Assembly: GCA_020632375.1 (NCBI GenBank)
Contig: JACKFR010000002.1
Location: forward strand, 51,995 to 115,994
Direction: 5' to 3'
Source of the DNA: Candidatus Nomurabacteria bacterium
Lineage (GTDB): Bacteria > Patescibacteriota > Dojkabacteria > SC72 > JAHDCA01
Length of the DNA stretch: 64,000 nucleotides
A model generated the notes under the pieces. The model was not told the origin of the DNA. It did not search any database and worked only from the letters and a program-made list of their open reading frames with translations. A program made the position numbers and the translations under genes. This document shows, piece by piece, positions 18,861 through 28,891 of this stretch. Position 1 is the first letter of the stretch. Each line of letters opens with the position of its first letter.

Positions 18861-20144
18861 ATGGAGATTTCATTTACTGAAGATTTCGCTAAAGCAATGG
18901 CCTTGCTGGACTCTGATCTGCCAGCGGTTATGATTACTGGAAAGGCTGGATCAGGGAAGTCTACACTTTTGAAATATTTTCGAGAAAACACAGATAAGAA
19001 TCTTGCGATTGTAGCACCGACAGGTGTTGCTGCACTTAACGTACAAGGAGAGACGATACATTCATTTTTCAGATTTAAGCCAAATACATATCTAGAAGAT
19101 ATTAAGGCTGTTCGAGATAGGTCGCTTTATAAAGAGCTTCACACACTGGTCGTTGATGAAGTCTCAATGCTTAGAGTTGATCTATTAGATGCTATAGACC
19201 GTTTTCTGAGGATAAATCGTGGTAAAAAAGATATCCCATTCGGTGGCGTTAGAATGGTTTTCTTTGGTGATCTTTATCAACTGCCACCGGTAGTGACTCG
19301 AGAAGATAAAGAAACAGTTCTAAATGGTTATCGCTCTCCATATTTCTTCGAAAATGAAGGGATTAACCAACTCGGTATGAAGGTATTTACTTTGGAAAAG
19401 GTCTTTAGGCAGGAAGAAGGTGAGTTTCTTTCAGCACTTAATCGCGTAAGAACAGGAAAATTTTCTGATGATGATCTAGATTTGCTTAATCAGAGAGTGG
19501 AGAGCAACTTCGACCCTGATTACTCAGAGGGAGTGGTTTATCTTACTGTCACAAATGCGATTGCGCAAGAGATAAATGAGTATAAGCTTAATGAATTAAT
19601 AACTGAAGAAGTTGAGTTTAATGCCGAGGTTACTGGTGAGTTTAATACTTCCGCATGTCCAGCTGAAGAAAAACTATTGCTTAAAGCTGGTGCTCAGGTT
19701 ATGTTTTTGAGTAATGATCCTGAAAAAAAATGGGTAAATGGTTCAATCGGTCGGGTTTTAGATGTTTATCAGAATGGTGAAGAAAATATTGTCTCTGTCG
19801 CACTGTCTAGTGGAGAGATTGTAGAGGTTGCATCATACACATGGGAAAACTACAAGTACGTCGTTAATCAAGATGGTAAGGTTAGCGCAGATAAGATTGG
19901 CACTTTTCGCCAGCTTCCTTTAAAACTTGCTTGGGCTGTAACCATTCACAAGAGTCAGGGAAAGACTTTTGAAAAGGTTTATATAGACCTTGGAAATAGG
20001 GCTTTTGCTCATGGGCAAGTGTATGTTGCTTTAAGCAGATGCCCTACTCTCGCTGGCATCCAGCTAAAGAGACCAATCCGCTCGACCGATATAATAGTAG
20101 ATTCTGCAGTTAGAAATTGGTCGGAAAGTCATTCGCTCGAATAG
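18861..20144 (+). CDS. ATP-dependent DNA helicase, PIF1/RecD-like (AAA_30 + UvrD_C_2).
   Basis: 427 aa. Walker A ITGKAGSGKSTLL, Walker B LVVDEVSM, and the C-terminal TIHKSQGKTFEKVYI motif. Confidence 0.75.
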   Translation: MEISFTEDFAKAMALLDSDLPAVMITGKAGSGKSTLLKYFRENTDKNLAIVAPTGVAALNVQGETIHSFFRFKPNTYLEDIKAVRDRSLYKELHTLVVDEVSMLRVDLLDAIDRFLRINRGKKDIPFGGVRMVFFGDLYQLPPVVTREDKETVLNGYRSPYFFENEGINQLGMKVFTLEKVFRQEEGEFLSALNRVRTGKFSDDDLDLLNQRVESNFDPDYSEGVVYLTVTNAIAQEINEYKLNELITEEVEFNAEVTGEFNTSACPAEEKLLLKAGAQVMFLSNDPEKKWVNGSIGRVLDVYQNGEENIVSVALSSGEIVEVASYTWENYKYVVNQDGKVSADKIGTFRQLPLKLAWAVTIHKSQGKTFEKVYIDLGNRAFAHGQVYVALSRCPTLAGIQLKRPIRSTDIIVDSAVRNWSESHSLE

Positions 20145-20251
20145 AAAGTTGTGCTGACAGGCTGGGATATTACTGTTTGACTTAATGTCTGCTACACTTA
20201 TAATAGCAACTAGTTAAGGATTTCCTTAAATAAAAATTTTAAAATCTGCCC

Positions 20252-22069
20252 GTGAATACAAGTAGACTTGTAGACTTTCTTCAAGAAAATAATAAGCTTT
20301 CTAAAGCACAGGCTGACGAGGTTCGCGTCGAGCTTACAAAAGGCTCTAAATCTGAAGAGTCTATTCTTGTTGAGAAAGGATATGTAACTGAAGAAGATAT
20401 CGTAATGGCGAAATCCACGATGTTTAATATCCCTTATGTAGATCTTAAGAAAGTTCAGATTGAAGATAGTGTATTTTCATTGATAGGTGCAGACAAGCTA
20501 AAAAAATATCAAGCAGTTCCGTTTGATGAAGCTGGTCATGTCGTAAAAGTTGCTATGGCCGATCCTTTCGACATCCAAGCGATTCAAGCTCTTGAAAGCT
20601 ATTTACAGAAAAACAGCAATGTCTTAAAAATTCTTGTTCATATCGCTACGCAGGAAGGCATTCAGTTTATCCTTGATAGCCATATAGGGGGGTTTGTTTC
20701 AACAGAAGTCTCAGATGCGCTCGAAGATGTTGATTTGCCTATTACAGAATTAAAAGGGTCTGAAGCAGATCTTCTCGAAAGCGCAAATATTGAAAGTGCT
20801 CCAGTCACAAGGATAGTTAATTCAATAATGCAATATGCTATTAAATCCAGTGCTTCAGATATTCATATTGAGCCGCAAGAAACAAATCTAAGGGTACGTT
20901 TTAGAGTCAACGGTGTTATGGTTGAAAAGCTGAGTTTGCCGAAAACTCTGAAGAATTCAGTTGTTGCGAGGGTCAAGATCATGTCAGATCTCAAAATAGA
21001 CGAAAAGCGCGTCCCACAAGACGGTCGACTTCAGGTGAGATCAGGCGATAAGAAATTTGATGTTCGTGTCTCTACACTTCCATCAATATATGGAGAAAAG
21101 GTTGTGATGAGACTTCTCGATGGTTCTTCTGGAGTTCCAGCTCTTGAAACTTCGGGGTTGAGGGGCGGTGCATATCAGAACTTTATGGATGCGCTAAAAG
21201 TTACTAACGGTATAATTTTGGTTACTGGTCCCACCGGTAGTGGTAAGACGAGAACGCTTGCTGGCGCTTTAGACAAGCTTAATCAGAGCACTGTAAATAT
21301 TATTACTCTTGAGAACCCTGTCGAAATAAGGATCCCTGGTGTTACACAAGTTCAGATCAATCCCGACGTCGGGCTTACTTTTGCAAACGGACTCCGCTCA
21401 GTCTTAAGGCAAGATCCCGATATTGTTATGGTTGGTGAGATTCGTGATCATGAGACTGCTGGCCTTGCGGTTGAGGCTTCACTTACAGGCCATTTAGTTC
21501 TCGCAACTCTTCATACAAATAGTGCTGCTGCTTCAATCCCTCGTCTCCTAGACATGGGAATTGAATCATATCTTTTAGCTTCTACTTTGAGGCTTGCTGT
21601 AGCTCAAAGACTTCCGAGAAGAATATGTCGTCATTGTTTTGAAGCGTACCCTGCACCGCAAGAAGTCGTGCAAAATATTCGAACAACACTTAGTTCAATT
21701 AAGAATTTTGACCCAATCTCTTATTTGCAGTCTTTATGCCAACAGAAAGATAAGGATGGTGCACCGGAGCATTTGAAAGATTTGCAATGTCCAGTTGTAA
21801 AACCTGATGGGAGTCAGGAGATGTATCTTTATCGAGGTAAGGGTTGTAGTCGATGTGGTGGATCAGGGTACGAAGGAAGAATCGGTATCTTTGAGGTTCT
21901 CGAAGCCAAAGGAGAGATTCTGTCAATGATTTCAGAACGCACTCCAGATTCTGAGATTAACAAAGCTGCAATCGCCGAAGGCATGGTCTCAATGACTCAG
22001 GATGGTTATATAAAAGCTATTGAAGGGATCACAACGATCGAGGAAATACTTAGAGTTTCAAAAGAATAG
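20252..22069 (+). CDS. pilB: Type IV pilus assembly ATPase PilB (GspE family).
   Basis: 605 aa. GTG start. T2SSE_N-like N-terminus, Walker A VTGPTGSGKTRTL, and a tetra-Cys zinc motif (CRHC...CSRCGGSG). Confidence 0.9.
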   Translation: MNTSRLVDFLQENNKLSKAQADEVRVELTKGSKSEESILVEKGYVTEEDIVMAKSTMFNIPYVDLKKVQIEDSVFSLIGADKLKKYQAVPFDEAGHVVKVAMADPFDIQAIQALESYLQKNSNVLKILVHIATQEGIQFILDSHIGGFVSTEVSDALEDVDLPITELKGSEADLLESANIESAPVTRIVNSIMQYAIKSSASDIHIEPQETNLRVRFRVNGVMVEKLSLPKTLKNSVVARVKIMSDLKIDEKRVPQDGRLQVRSGDKKFDVRVSTLPSIYGEKVVMRLLDGSSGVPALETSGLRGGAYQNFMDALKVTNGIILVTGPTGSGKTRTLAGALDKLNQSTVNIITLENPVEIRIPGVTQVQINPDVGLTFANGLRSVLRQDPDIVMVGEIRDHETAGLAVEASLTGHLVLATLHTNSAAASIPRLLDMGIESYLLASTLRLAVAQRLPRRICRHCFEAYPAPQEVVQNIRTTLSSIKNFDPISYLQSLCQQKDKDGAPEHLKDLQCPVVKPDGSQEMYLYRGKGCSRCGGSGYEGRIGIFEVLEAKGEILSMISERTPDSEINKAAIAEGMVSMTQDGYIKAIEGITTIEEILRVSKE

Positions 22070-22156
22070 AGCTAAGGAATTTTCTCTTCTCTCTTGTTTG
22101 CTTTTTGTGTATGATTGAAATATATTAAGCGAGATTATAAGTTTACTGCCCAAACC

Positions 22157-24769
22157 ATGGATTCTACTCCTAAAACTCCTGCTGACGATAGCACTAGTAC
22201 ATCGAGCGGATCAGCAGTTAGTTTCGCCTACCCTACAATGTCAGATAAAAAAGATGATTCTGCGCAATCGACACCAACCTCTCCTTCGCCAACACATAAT
22301 GACTATTCTGTATCCGATGACAGTGGTGACTCTGCTTCCAATAAGAGTAATGATTCATCTGCAACTCAGGCTTCTTCTAGTCCTCCTGTTGGCAACGAAT
22401 CTAAAAGTACAAAACCCGATGATTTAGAAAAACAGTTTGAAGATAAAGTTTCCTCAGTTCCCCCAGTTGTTCCAGCTCAATCTGAAATATCTGCATCCGA
22501 GAATGAATCGAAGAAAGGTAATCAGGCTAAAAAAGACCCGGAAAAGCACGGATTCGGCGGGTTGAAAGCACTTGCAAAAAAACTTTCCGGATTGAAAGAT
22601 GAATTTGTTGAAGAGGTAGGTCAAGATTCAAAGCCTGAAAATCAAAACGATGTATCGAAGCCTATGGATACACCACAAGACTTGCCTGAGCCAGCAAAAG
22701 AAATTGAAAATGACGTAGCTCCTCTTGATGTATCAGATGAGAAAAGTGATGCTGATAGCTCTCAGAATCACTCAGATCAACATGAACAGGTACCTGTTAT
22801 TCCAGTTAATTCGGTTGAGATGGATAACCAGCCTAAGGATATTGGACGTAATGTAGTGTCGATGCCGGCTCCATTGAAAAAGTCAGATGATTTAGTTTCT
22901 ACACCAATGGTAGACAACTCTTTGGACTCAGAAACATCAAAACCAAAAGATGAGAAGAGTTTTTCGGACGAGCCGGATGTAAACAATATGCTTAGCCAAT
23001 TGAGTTCGTTAGGTTCAAAGGGTGTCAATATTGAAGATGCAAATGTAGATAAAAACAATCAAGCATCTGAAGAGCTAGGAACTCTGTCTGTTCAGAATGC
23101 TTCAGGGAATATGGCTTCAACCGATAGTGATGACAATGAGCTAAGTAAAAAGTCTGAAGGTGTAACCACCGCTTCGGCACTAGGCATGTCTGCTCAAGGC
23201 ACTCTTCAAGGAAAAGACGATAAACCTATTGATTCAGATAATAACCCTAGTAAAAATGATTCTAGTTCATTGCCTCTTGCTGATGAAAACCCTGTGATAG
23301 CAGATACAGCAGATGTTCTTTCTGCCCCTACTATTGCCACTGATTTTTCTTCAAGTACTAGTTCTTCAGAAACAAATGAGCCTATTGAGATACTCGCTCC
23401 TGAATCAACACCTGAAGAGGATCCGACTTCAGATCCTAAACCTGAGCAAACAAATTCAGATGATTCCGAGGTAGAAACGGAATCGTCCAGACAGGAGGAC
23501 GCTATCGGTTCCAGTGAGATTGAGTCGATCAAGTCAGCAGATACACCTTCTCTAGACCCTGATACTACTCCTTTGCAACAAGAACAAGGTAGTGAAATTT
23601 CTGAAACTCCTGCCAATGATAAAGTTCTTTCTCAACAGGACGAGGTTTCTAAAAATGCTCAAAACGATAGCACTTCTGCTGAGGTTGTCTCAAGCTCAAA
23701 TGACCCATATCCATACACAATTCAGCAACTTTTAGATATGGTTATTGAGCGGAATGCTTCTGATCTTCATCTCACTGTTAACTATCCTGCTATGCTTCGA
23801 ATTGACGGTAAATTGACACCAGTTGGAGATAGCCGTCCACTAACCGAAGAAGATGCTGTCGGCTTAATTCTTCCTTTGCTTCCCGAGCAGAAAAAAGAGC
23901 TTCTTGAAGTAAATCGCGAAGTTGACTTTGCACATGCGCATAAAGAAGACGCCAGGTTTCGTATAAACTCTTATTATCAGAAACAGACCCTCGCAGCCGC
24001 AATGCGTCTTATACCGAATACGATAAGGAGCATCGACGAGCTAAAGCTTCCACAAATTTACCATCAGCTCGCAAAGCTTAGACAAGGTCTTGTTCTTGTA
24101 ACCGGCCCTACAGGTAGTGGTAAAAGTACAACTTTGGCAGCACTTATCCAAGAAATAAATGAAAGTCGTCCTGATCATATAATCACAATTGAAGACCCTA
24201 TTGAATATATCTTCCCTCTAGGTCAATCGATGATAGACCAGCGTGAGCTTCATGATGATACTCATTCATGGGAGATCGCCCTAAAGAGTGCTTTAAGGCA
24301 AGATCCAGATGACTTACTTATCGGAGAGATGCGAGATTTTGAAACTATCGCCGCTGCAATTACTCTAGCCGAGACTGGGCATCTTGTATTTGCAACCCTT
24401 CACACTAACAATGCCGCTCAAACAGTTGACCGAATAATCGATGTCTTTCCTGAACATCAGCAAGCCCAAGTTAGATCCCAGGTCTCGAATGTTCTTGAAG
24501 CAGTTGTTGCACAGAGGCTAATTCCATTGAATCGCGGCGGACGAAGTGCTGTGTCAGAAATTATGATCGCAACTCCGGCAATCAGAAACTTGATTCGAGA
24601 AGCTAAAAGTCACCAGATTGATAATGTCATAAGAACAAGTGCAGACGTCGGTATGGTCTCTCTTGAACATTCACTCGTTTCATTGGTTAGAGAAAATCTT
24701 ATAAATATGGATCGTGCTCAGGAGTATGCTGTACATCCTGAAGAGATTGTTAGGTTGTTGAAGGCTTAG
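22157..24769 (+). CDS. pilT: Twitching-motility ATPase PilT with a roughly 500-aa acidic, Ser/Thr/Asp/Glu-rich disordered N-terminal extension.
   Basis: The C-terminal 345 aa are canonical PilT (ASDLHLTVNYPAMLRIDGKL; Walker A VTGPTGSGKSTTL; AIRNLIRE). The upstream frame is open for about 1.5 kb in low-GC DNA, so it is coding. The track ORF begins at a TTG at 22115; the first ATG is at 22157. Confidence 0.8.
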   Translation: MDSTPKTPADDSTSTSSGSAVSFAYPTMSDKKDDSAQSTPTSPSPTHNDYSVSDDSGDSASNKSNDSSATQASSSPPVGNESKSTKPDDLEKQFEDKVSSVPPVVPAQSEISASENESKKGNQAKKDPEKHGFGGLKALAKKLSGLKDEFVEEVGQDSKPENQNDVSKPMDTPQDLPEPAKEIENDVAPLDVSDEKSDADSSQNHSDQHEQVPVIPVNSVEMDNQPKDIGRNVVSMPAPLKKSDDLVSTPMVDNSLDSETSKPKDEKSFSDEPDVNNMLSQLSSLGSKGVNIEDANVDKNNQASEELGTLSVQNASGNMASTDSDDNELSKKSEGVTTASALGMSAQGTLQGKDDKPIDSDNNPSKNDSSSLPLADENPVIADTADVLSAPTIATDFSSSTSSSETNEPIEILAPESTPEEDPTSDPKPEQTNSDDSEVETESSRQEDAIGSSEIESIKSADTPSLDPDTTPLQQEQGSEISETPANDKVLSQQDEVSKNAQNDSTSAEVVSSSNDPYPYTIQQLLDMVIERNASDLHLTVNYPAMLRIDGKLTPVGDSRPLTEEDAVGLILPLLPEQKKELLEVNREVDFAHAHKEDARFRINSYYQKQTLAAAMRLIPNTIRSIDELKLPQIYHQLAKLRQGLVLVTGPTGSGKSTTLAALIQEINESRPDHIITIEDPIEYIFPLGQSMIDQRELHDDTHSWEIALKSALRQDPDDLLIGEMRDFETIAAAITLAETGHLVFATLHTNNAAQTVDRIIDVFPEHQQAQVRSQVSNVLEAVVAQRLIPLNRGGRSAVSEIMIATPAIRNLIREAKSHQIDNVIRTSADVGMVSLEHSLVSLVRENLINMDRAQEYAVHPEEIVRLLKA

Positions 24770-24780
24770 TCGATGAAATC

Positions 24781-25992
24781 ATGAGGAAATTTAAATATTC
24801 CGCTAGGACAAAAGAGGGTGCTATTTATAAGGGGTCGATGGAAGCTCGTGCCTCTAGTAGCGTTATCGAGACTCTCCAGTCAAAAGGGTTAATCGTTGTC
24901 TCGGTTGAAGAAGACCTTGGCATTGGTCTAAATCGACTTACCGAGATCAATCTCGGCGGGATACCAATGAAAGACAAAGTAATTTTTATGCGCCAGCTAT
25001 CGACGATGATTACAGCTGGCCTGCCCTTATCACAAGCATTAGAGATCCTGAATTCTCAAGCTACAAACCCCTTGTTTAAGAAAGTTCTTTCTGATGTAAC
25101 TATTTCTGTTCAAAATGGTACTAGCCTTGCAGATTCTTTCAGAAAAGCTGAAGATGTTTTTGATGAAATTACAGTTAATCTTATTGCTGCAGGTGAAGAA
25201 AGTGGCCACCTTGAAGAGATTTTAAGACGGCTTGCAGATGAGTTTGAAAATCAGAAAAAACTTAAAGATAAAATTAAGTCGGCTTTTATATATCCAGCTG
25301 TGATTTCTGTTGTCGTCGTGGCAGTAATCCTTATTTTACTGCTGGTTCTTGTTCCTGCGATGGAAGACATTTACAGTGATTTCAATGCTGAGCTACCCTG
25401 GGTTACGACATTTATGATAAATCTTAGCAATATTGTTGCTCGTTTCTGGTGGCTTATGCTTAGTTTTGTTCTAGCGATTGTGATGTTTGTAAAATATTAT
25501 ATTGAGACACCAAAGGGTAAAAGAAACTTCCATCTGTTGATTTTAAAACTTCCGGTTTTCGGAAATCTGATGACAAAAATGCAGGTGACTCAATTTACTA
25601 GGGTTCTTTCACTCCTTTTGAAAAGTGGTCTTGCAATTATTGAAGCTTTACAGCTTACAGCAGACTCATTAAGCAATGTTCTTTTTAAAGAAGCTGTATT
25701 GAAAGCAAAAGAAGAGGTTGAGAAAGGCACTTCAATGGCCACCCCTATTGCGCGAAGCGAGTATTTTCCCTTGATTGTCAGTCAAATGATTTCTGTAGGT
25801 GAAGAGTCAGGTGAAATAAGTATGGTTCTTGAAAAACTATCTGAATACTACGGCTCTGAGGTAGAAGTAATGTCTGGAAATCTAACGACTCTTCTTGAAC
25901 CCGTAGTCCTTATTATTGTTGGTCTGATAATTGCTTTTATTGCTTTAGCAGTATATATGCCAATGTTTACTCTGGTAAATGTCATAGGCTAA
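24781..25992 (+). CDS. pilC: Type IV pilus platform protein PilC (GspF family).
   Basis: 403 aa with two T2SSF repeats and 3 TM helices (…SQMISVGEESGEI…). Confidence 0.9.
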   Translation: MRKFKYSARTKEGAIYKGSMEARASSSVIETLQSKGLIVVSVEEDLGIGLNRLTEINLGGIPMKDKVIFMRQLSTMITAGLPLSQALEILNSQATNPLFKKVLSDVTISVQNGTSLADSFRKAEDVFDEITVNLIAAGEESGHLEEILRRLADEFENQKKLKDKIKSAFIYPAVISVVVVAVILILLLVLVPAMEDIYSDFNAELPWVTTFMINLSNIVARFWWLMLSFVLAIVMFVKYYIETPKGKRNFHLLILKLPVFGNLMTKMQVTQFTRVLSLLLKSGLAIIEALQLTADSLSNVLFKEAVLKAKEEVEKGTSMATPIARSEYFPLIVSQMISVGEESGEISMVLEKLSEYYGSEVEVMSGNLTTLLEPVVLIIVGLIIAFIALAVYMPMFTLVNVIG

Positions 25993-26095
25993 ATGGCTTG
26001 GACGAGCCCAGATATGCTTTTACTAAGGTATATATTTGACATCTTTGATGATTAATTCTAGATTATATGTATATAAGCTTACACCTTGGATCTAA

Positions 26096-26623
26096 ATGAA
26101 AAAATATAAAGGTTTTACACTTGTCGAGCTCTTAATCGTGATGGGAATAATCGCAGTGCTTGCTGTGCTGGGCATCGCGGTAGCGAGATTTGCAATCCAA
26201 AGATCAAATAACATTCAACACGCTGATGCTGTTAGAGAGCTAGTTCATGCTGTTACTCTGTATCACAATGACTACCAAGAGTACCCCGATCCGACTTCAT
26301 TTACAGAACTGGTAACAACATTAGGTACTTTTACTGAAGCATTTGATCCCGGGGCAAACGCATCTTACTATTACTTTGTAAGCACCGACAAACAGAAATA
26401 TTTGATTTGTGTTAGTTATGGTGGGTGGGCCGATGTTGACGACCAAGGAGGTTACTGCGATGGCGAGGGTATTGGTAAGCTTCCTGAGGGAGTGGCTAAT
26501 AAAATTGATGAGAAGCAGCTCGCAAATCCTAAATTTACTAACCGTGTAGAGCTTCGCAAGCAGCTTGGACTGTGGTCAAATTGGGATTCAGATGCAGGGA
26601 CATGGAATGGTGCAGCGGAATAG
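26096..26623 (+). CDS. pilA: Type IV pilin (major pilin candidate), paralog 1.
   Basis: 175 aa. Class III signal K-G-FTLVELLIVMGIIAVLA (N-methylation motif, Glu+5). Confidence 0.85.
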   Translation: MKKYKGFTLVELLIVMGIIAVLAVLGIAVARFAIQRSNNIQHADAVRELVHAVTLYHNDYQEYPDPTSFTELVTTLGTFTEAFDPGANASYYYFVSTDKQKYLICVSYGGWADVDDQGGYCDGEGIGKLPEGVANKIDEKQLANPKFTNRVELRKQLGLWSNWDSDAGTWNGAAE

Positions 26624-26697
26624 TTCAGATCTTGTTGACATTGATCTGGTTTCGCTTTACAGTAAGTATAGAATTAGTTTAAATTAACTGTCCTAAT

Positions 26698-27234
26698 ATG
26701 AATAAGAAAAAACTTTATAAAGGTTTCACTCTTGTTGAACTCCTCATCGTGATGGGAATCATTGCGGTTCTCGCTGTGCTTGGTGTCGCTGTGGCTAGAT
26801 TTGCTATTCAGCGAGCTAACAACATCCAACATTCTGATGCTGTTGATGAGCTTGGAAACGCTATGCAGCTTTATTATGGTGATAAAAGAGAATATCCTAC
26901 AGTTGCAGAATTTACAGATTTTGAAACAGCCCTTGGAGCCTCTGGTGTAATGGGTCAGTATATTGATACATTTGATGCTGGTGGTACTGCAACATATTAC
27001 TACTTTGTGACTAGCGATCAGCAAAAGTACCTACTTTGTGTGAGCTATGGTGGGTCTGATGATGTTGGGAATCAAGGAGGTGGTTGTTCTGGCAATGGAT
27101 TCGGTGATTTACCAACTACGACAACTCCAGCTTCAAATAAGGAGATGGATGCTACTGTTTTTGAATCGATTGTAGTGAATCAAGCTACTTCTGGTGTATC
27201 TCAAGATTGGGATACAGCTAATGGTTGGCAATAA
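26698..27234 (+). CDS. pilA: Type IV pilin, paralog 2.
   Basis: 178 aa. N-terminus is near-identical to paralog 1, and the shared core reads YYYFV(S/T)xDxQKYLxCVSYGG. Confidence 0.85.
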   Translation: MNKKKLYKGFTLVELLIVMGIIAVLAVLGVAVARFAIQRANNIQHSDAVDELGNAMQLYYGDKREYPTVAEFTDFETALGASGVMGQYIDTFDAGGTATYYYFVTSDQQKYLLCVSYGGSDDVGNQGGGCSGNGFGDLPTTTTPASNKEMDATVFESIVVNQATSGVSQDWDTANGWQ

Positions 27235-27258
27235 TGTCAGTTAATATCGGATTCGACT

Positions 27259-27292
27259 AAGAGGAGGTTGTGTAGCCTCCTCTTTTCATTTA
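27259..27292 (+). terminator. Rho-independent terminator after the second pilin gene.
   Basis: AAGAGGAGG-ttgtgtag-CCTCCTCTT followed by TTCATTTAGATTGTTTTT. Confidence 0.55.
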
Positions 27293-27302
27293 GATTGTTT
27301 TT

Positions 27303-28070
27303 ATGGAAATTTTTTTAACTATCGTAATTGCTCTGTCAGGGAGTGCATTTGCAAGTTTTTTTTCTGTTGTTGTTTACCGTGCAGAAAAGTACCAAGGGTA
27401 TAGAGGTATTTTATTCGGCAGGTCATATTGTGATGCGTGCAAGAAACAGCTTGTTTGGTATGAACTTGTTCCTATTTTTTCTTACCTGATTCAGAGAGGG
27501 AAATGTAAAAAATGCGGTGAAAAGATACTGTTAGAATACTGGCTAGGAGAGATTTTTTTTGGATTCGGATTTGGGTTATTATTTGCCTTTGGAGGAAGTA
27601 TAATTGATTACCTTGTTCTTACAGTGCTAGGGTTTCTTGCTCTTTATGATTATGCTGCACATGGCGTGCCAAAAAAGATTATGAACTTACTTCTTCTATT
27701 GGGGTTTATTTATAGAGTCGTTTTAATCGCCTTTTTTCAGCCAAGAGATTTATTACCTCTCCTTATTGCGGTTTTAGCTGCAGTCATTTTCTATTTCGTG
27801 CTAAATAAGTTTAAGAAATCATTCGGGCTGGGAGACCTGTTGGTCTTCTTGTTTCTTTTTTTTACAATATCAGTACACATGGTCATTGCGGTCTTCTTTT
27901 TTTCGATTCTGATTGGCGGTCTGGTCTCTTCTATTCTTGTTTTATTCAAGAAGATTTCAAGAAAATCATATGTGCCATTCATCCCATTTATTTTCTTCGC
28001 ATATCCTTTGTCTTATGTTTTCGGTGAAAAGGTCTTAGCCTACTTTGCCACTCTATTACAGCTGTGGTAG
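27303..28070 (+). CDS. pilD: Prepilin peptidase PilD (A24 family).
   Basis: 255 aa. N-terminal CxxC...CxxC (CDACKKQ...CKKCGEK) zinc motif and polytopic membrane topology, immediately after the pilin genes. Confidence 0.75.
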   Translation: MEIFLTIVIALSGSAFASFFSVVVYRAEKYQGYRGILFGRSYCDACKKQLVWYELVPIFSYLIQRGKCKKCGEKILLEYWLGEIFFGFGFGLLFAFGGSIIDYLVLTVLGFLALYDYAAHGVPKKIMNLLLLLGFIYRVVLIAFFQPRDLLPLLIAVLAAVIFYFVLNKFKKSFGLGDLLVFLFLFFTISVHMVIAVFFFSILIGGLVSSILVLFKKISRKSYVPFIPFIFFAYPLSYVFGEKVLAYFATLLQLW

Positions 28071-28111
28071 ATTATATTCGTAGATAATCCTACGACGTTT
28101 TAAGCTGCTCT

Positions 28112-28891
28112 ATGAAAATCATAACCAAATCCTCTCACCCCCTGTATGAAGGTTTCACCCTGACGGAGCTTCTTGTCGTTATGATTATTTTTTCTGTATT
28201 AACGGCAATCTCAGTAGCGACTTTCTCGAGTCTTCGTACTAATATTCTCTTGAGCGAAGAGTCTCAGAATGTCTCTCAGCTGATTCGCAAGACACAAAGA
28301 AGCTCTTTGCTCCTTGAACGTAAGGTTGATGAAAAATGGCTTTATGGAATCGGACTTGATTTTAGTACAACCCATGTCGATAACAAGTATAAAGTCTTTA
28401 AATGGTGTTCTACATTCAATTATTACGGGGATCTACTTACATCAGGTAATTTCCCTAACTTTGACCCAGGAGATCCTTTAGGGCCAACTAATGGGAATAT
28501 TCCTAGTCCGGTAACCGATAGCGATGCATATGTTTTAAGTTGTAATAAGTCTGCAATTTTACCAAGTGACGGGGGTCTGTCTAAGCAGGCAGCTGAGTTC
28601 ACAAATATACAAGACCCATTGATAATAGGATTTAAAGGAACATTTAATACAAGACCTGTTCTTATTTTATTTGAGTCTGTTTCGGGAAGAGTCTTCTTTT
28701 ACAACAAAGACGGACTATTGCTAAACTACAATTCTGATGGTACCCCAGTATCCTCTCCTACTGATTTTGAAATGGTTCTTGCGCCTCCAAACAAGAGTCG
28801 TGGTACGCTTGTAAAAATTCATCATAGTTCTGGAAAACTGAGCACTGAGATTTTAGAAGCTTCGCAAGTTAACGATTATGAATTTAACTAA
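28112..28891 (+). CDS. Minor pilin / pseudopilin (prepilin-type N-terminus).
   Basis: 259 aa. Has EGFTLTELLVVMIIFSVLTAI. Confidence 0.7.
   Translation: MKIITKSSHPLYEGFTLTELLVVMIIFSVLTAISVATFSSLRTNILLSEESQNVSQLIRKTQRSSLLLERKVDEKWLYGIGLDFSTTHVDNKYKVFKWCSTFNYYGDLLTSGNFPNFDPGDPLGPTNGNIPSPVTDSDAYVLSCNKSAILPSDGGLSKQAAEFTNIQDPLIIGFKGTFNTRPVLILFESVSGRVFFYNKDGLLLNYNSDGTPVSSPTDFEMVLAPPNKSRGTLVKIHHSSGKLSTEILEASQVNDYEFN

Noticed and set aside
18767-18991. 74-aa minus-strand ORF spanning the holB/helicase divergent region.
   Set aside because: It overlaps the starts of two well-supported divergent genes and is probably a non-coding promoter region.
26624-26697. Terminator between the two pilin genes (CAGATC...GATCTG).
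   Set aside because: The stem is only 6 bp with a weak T-tract, so it is not convincing.
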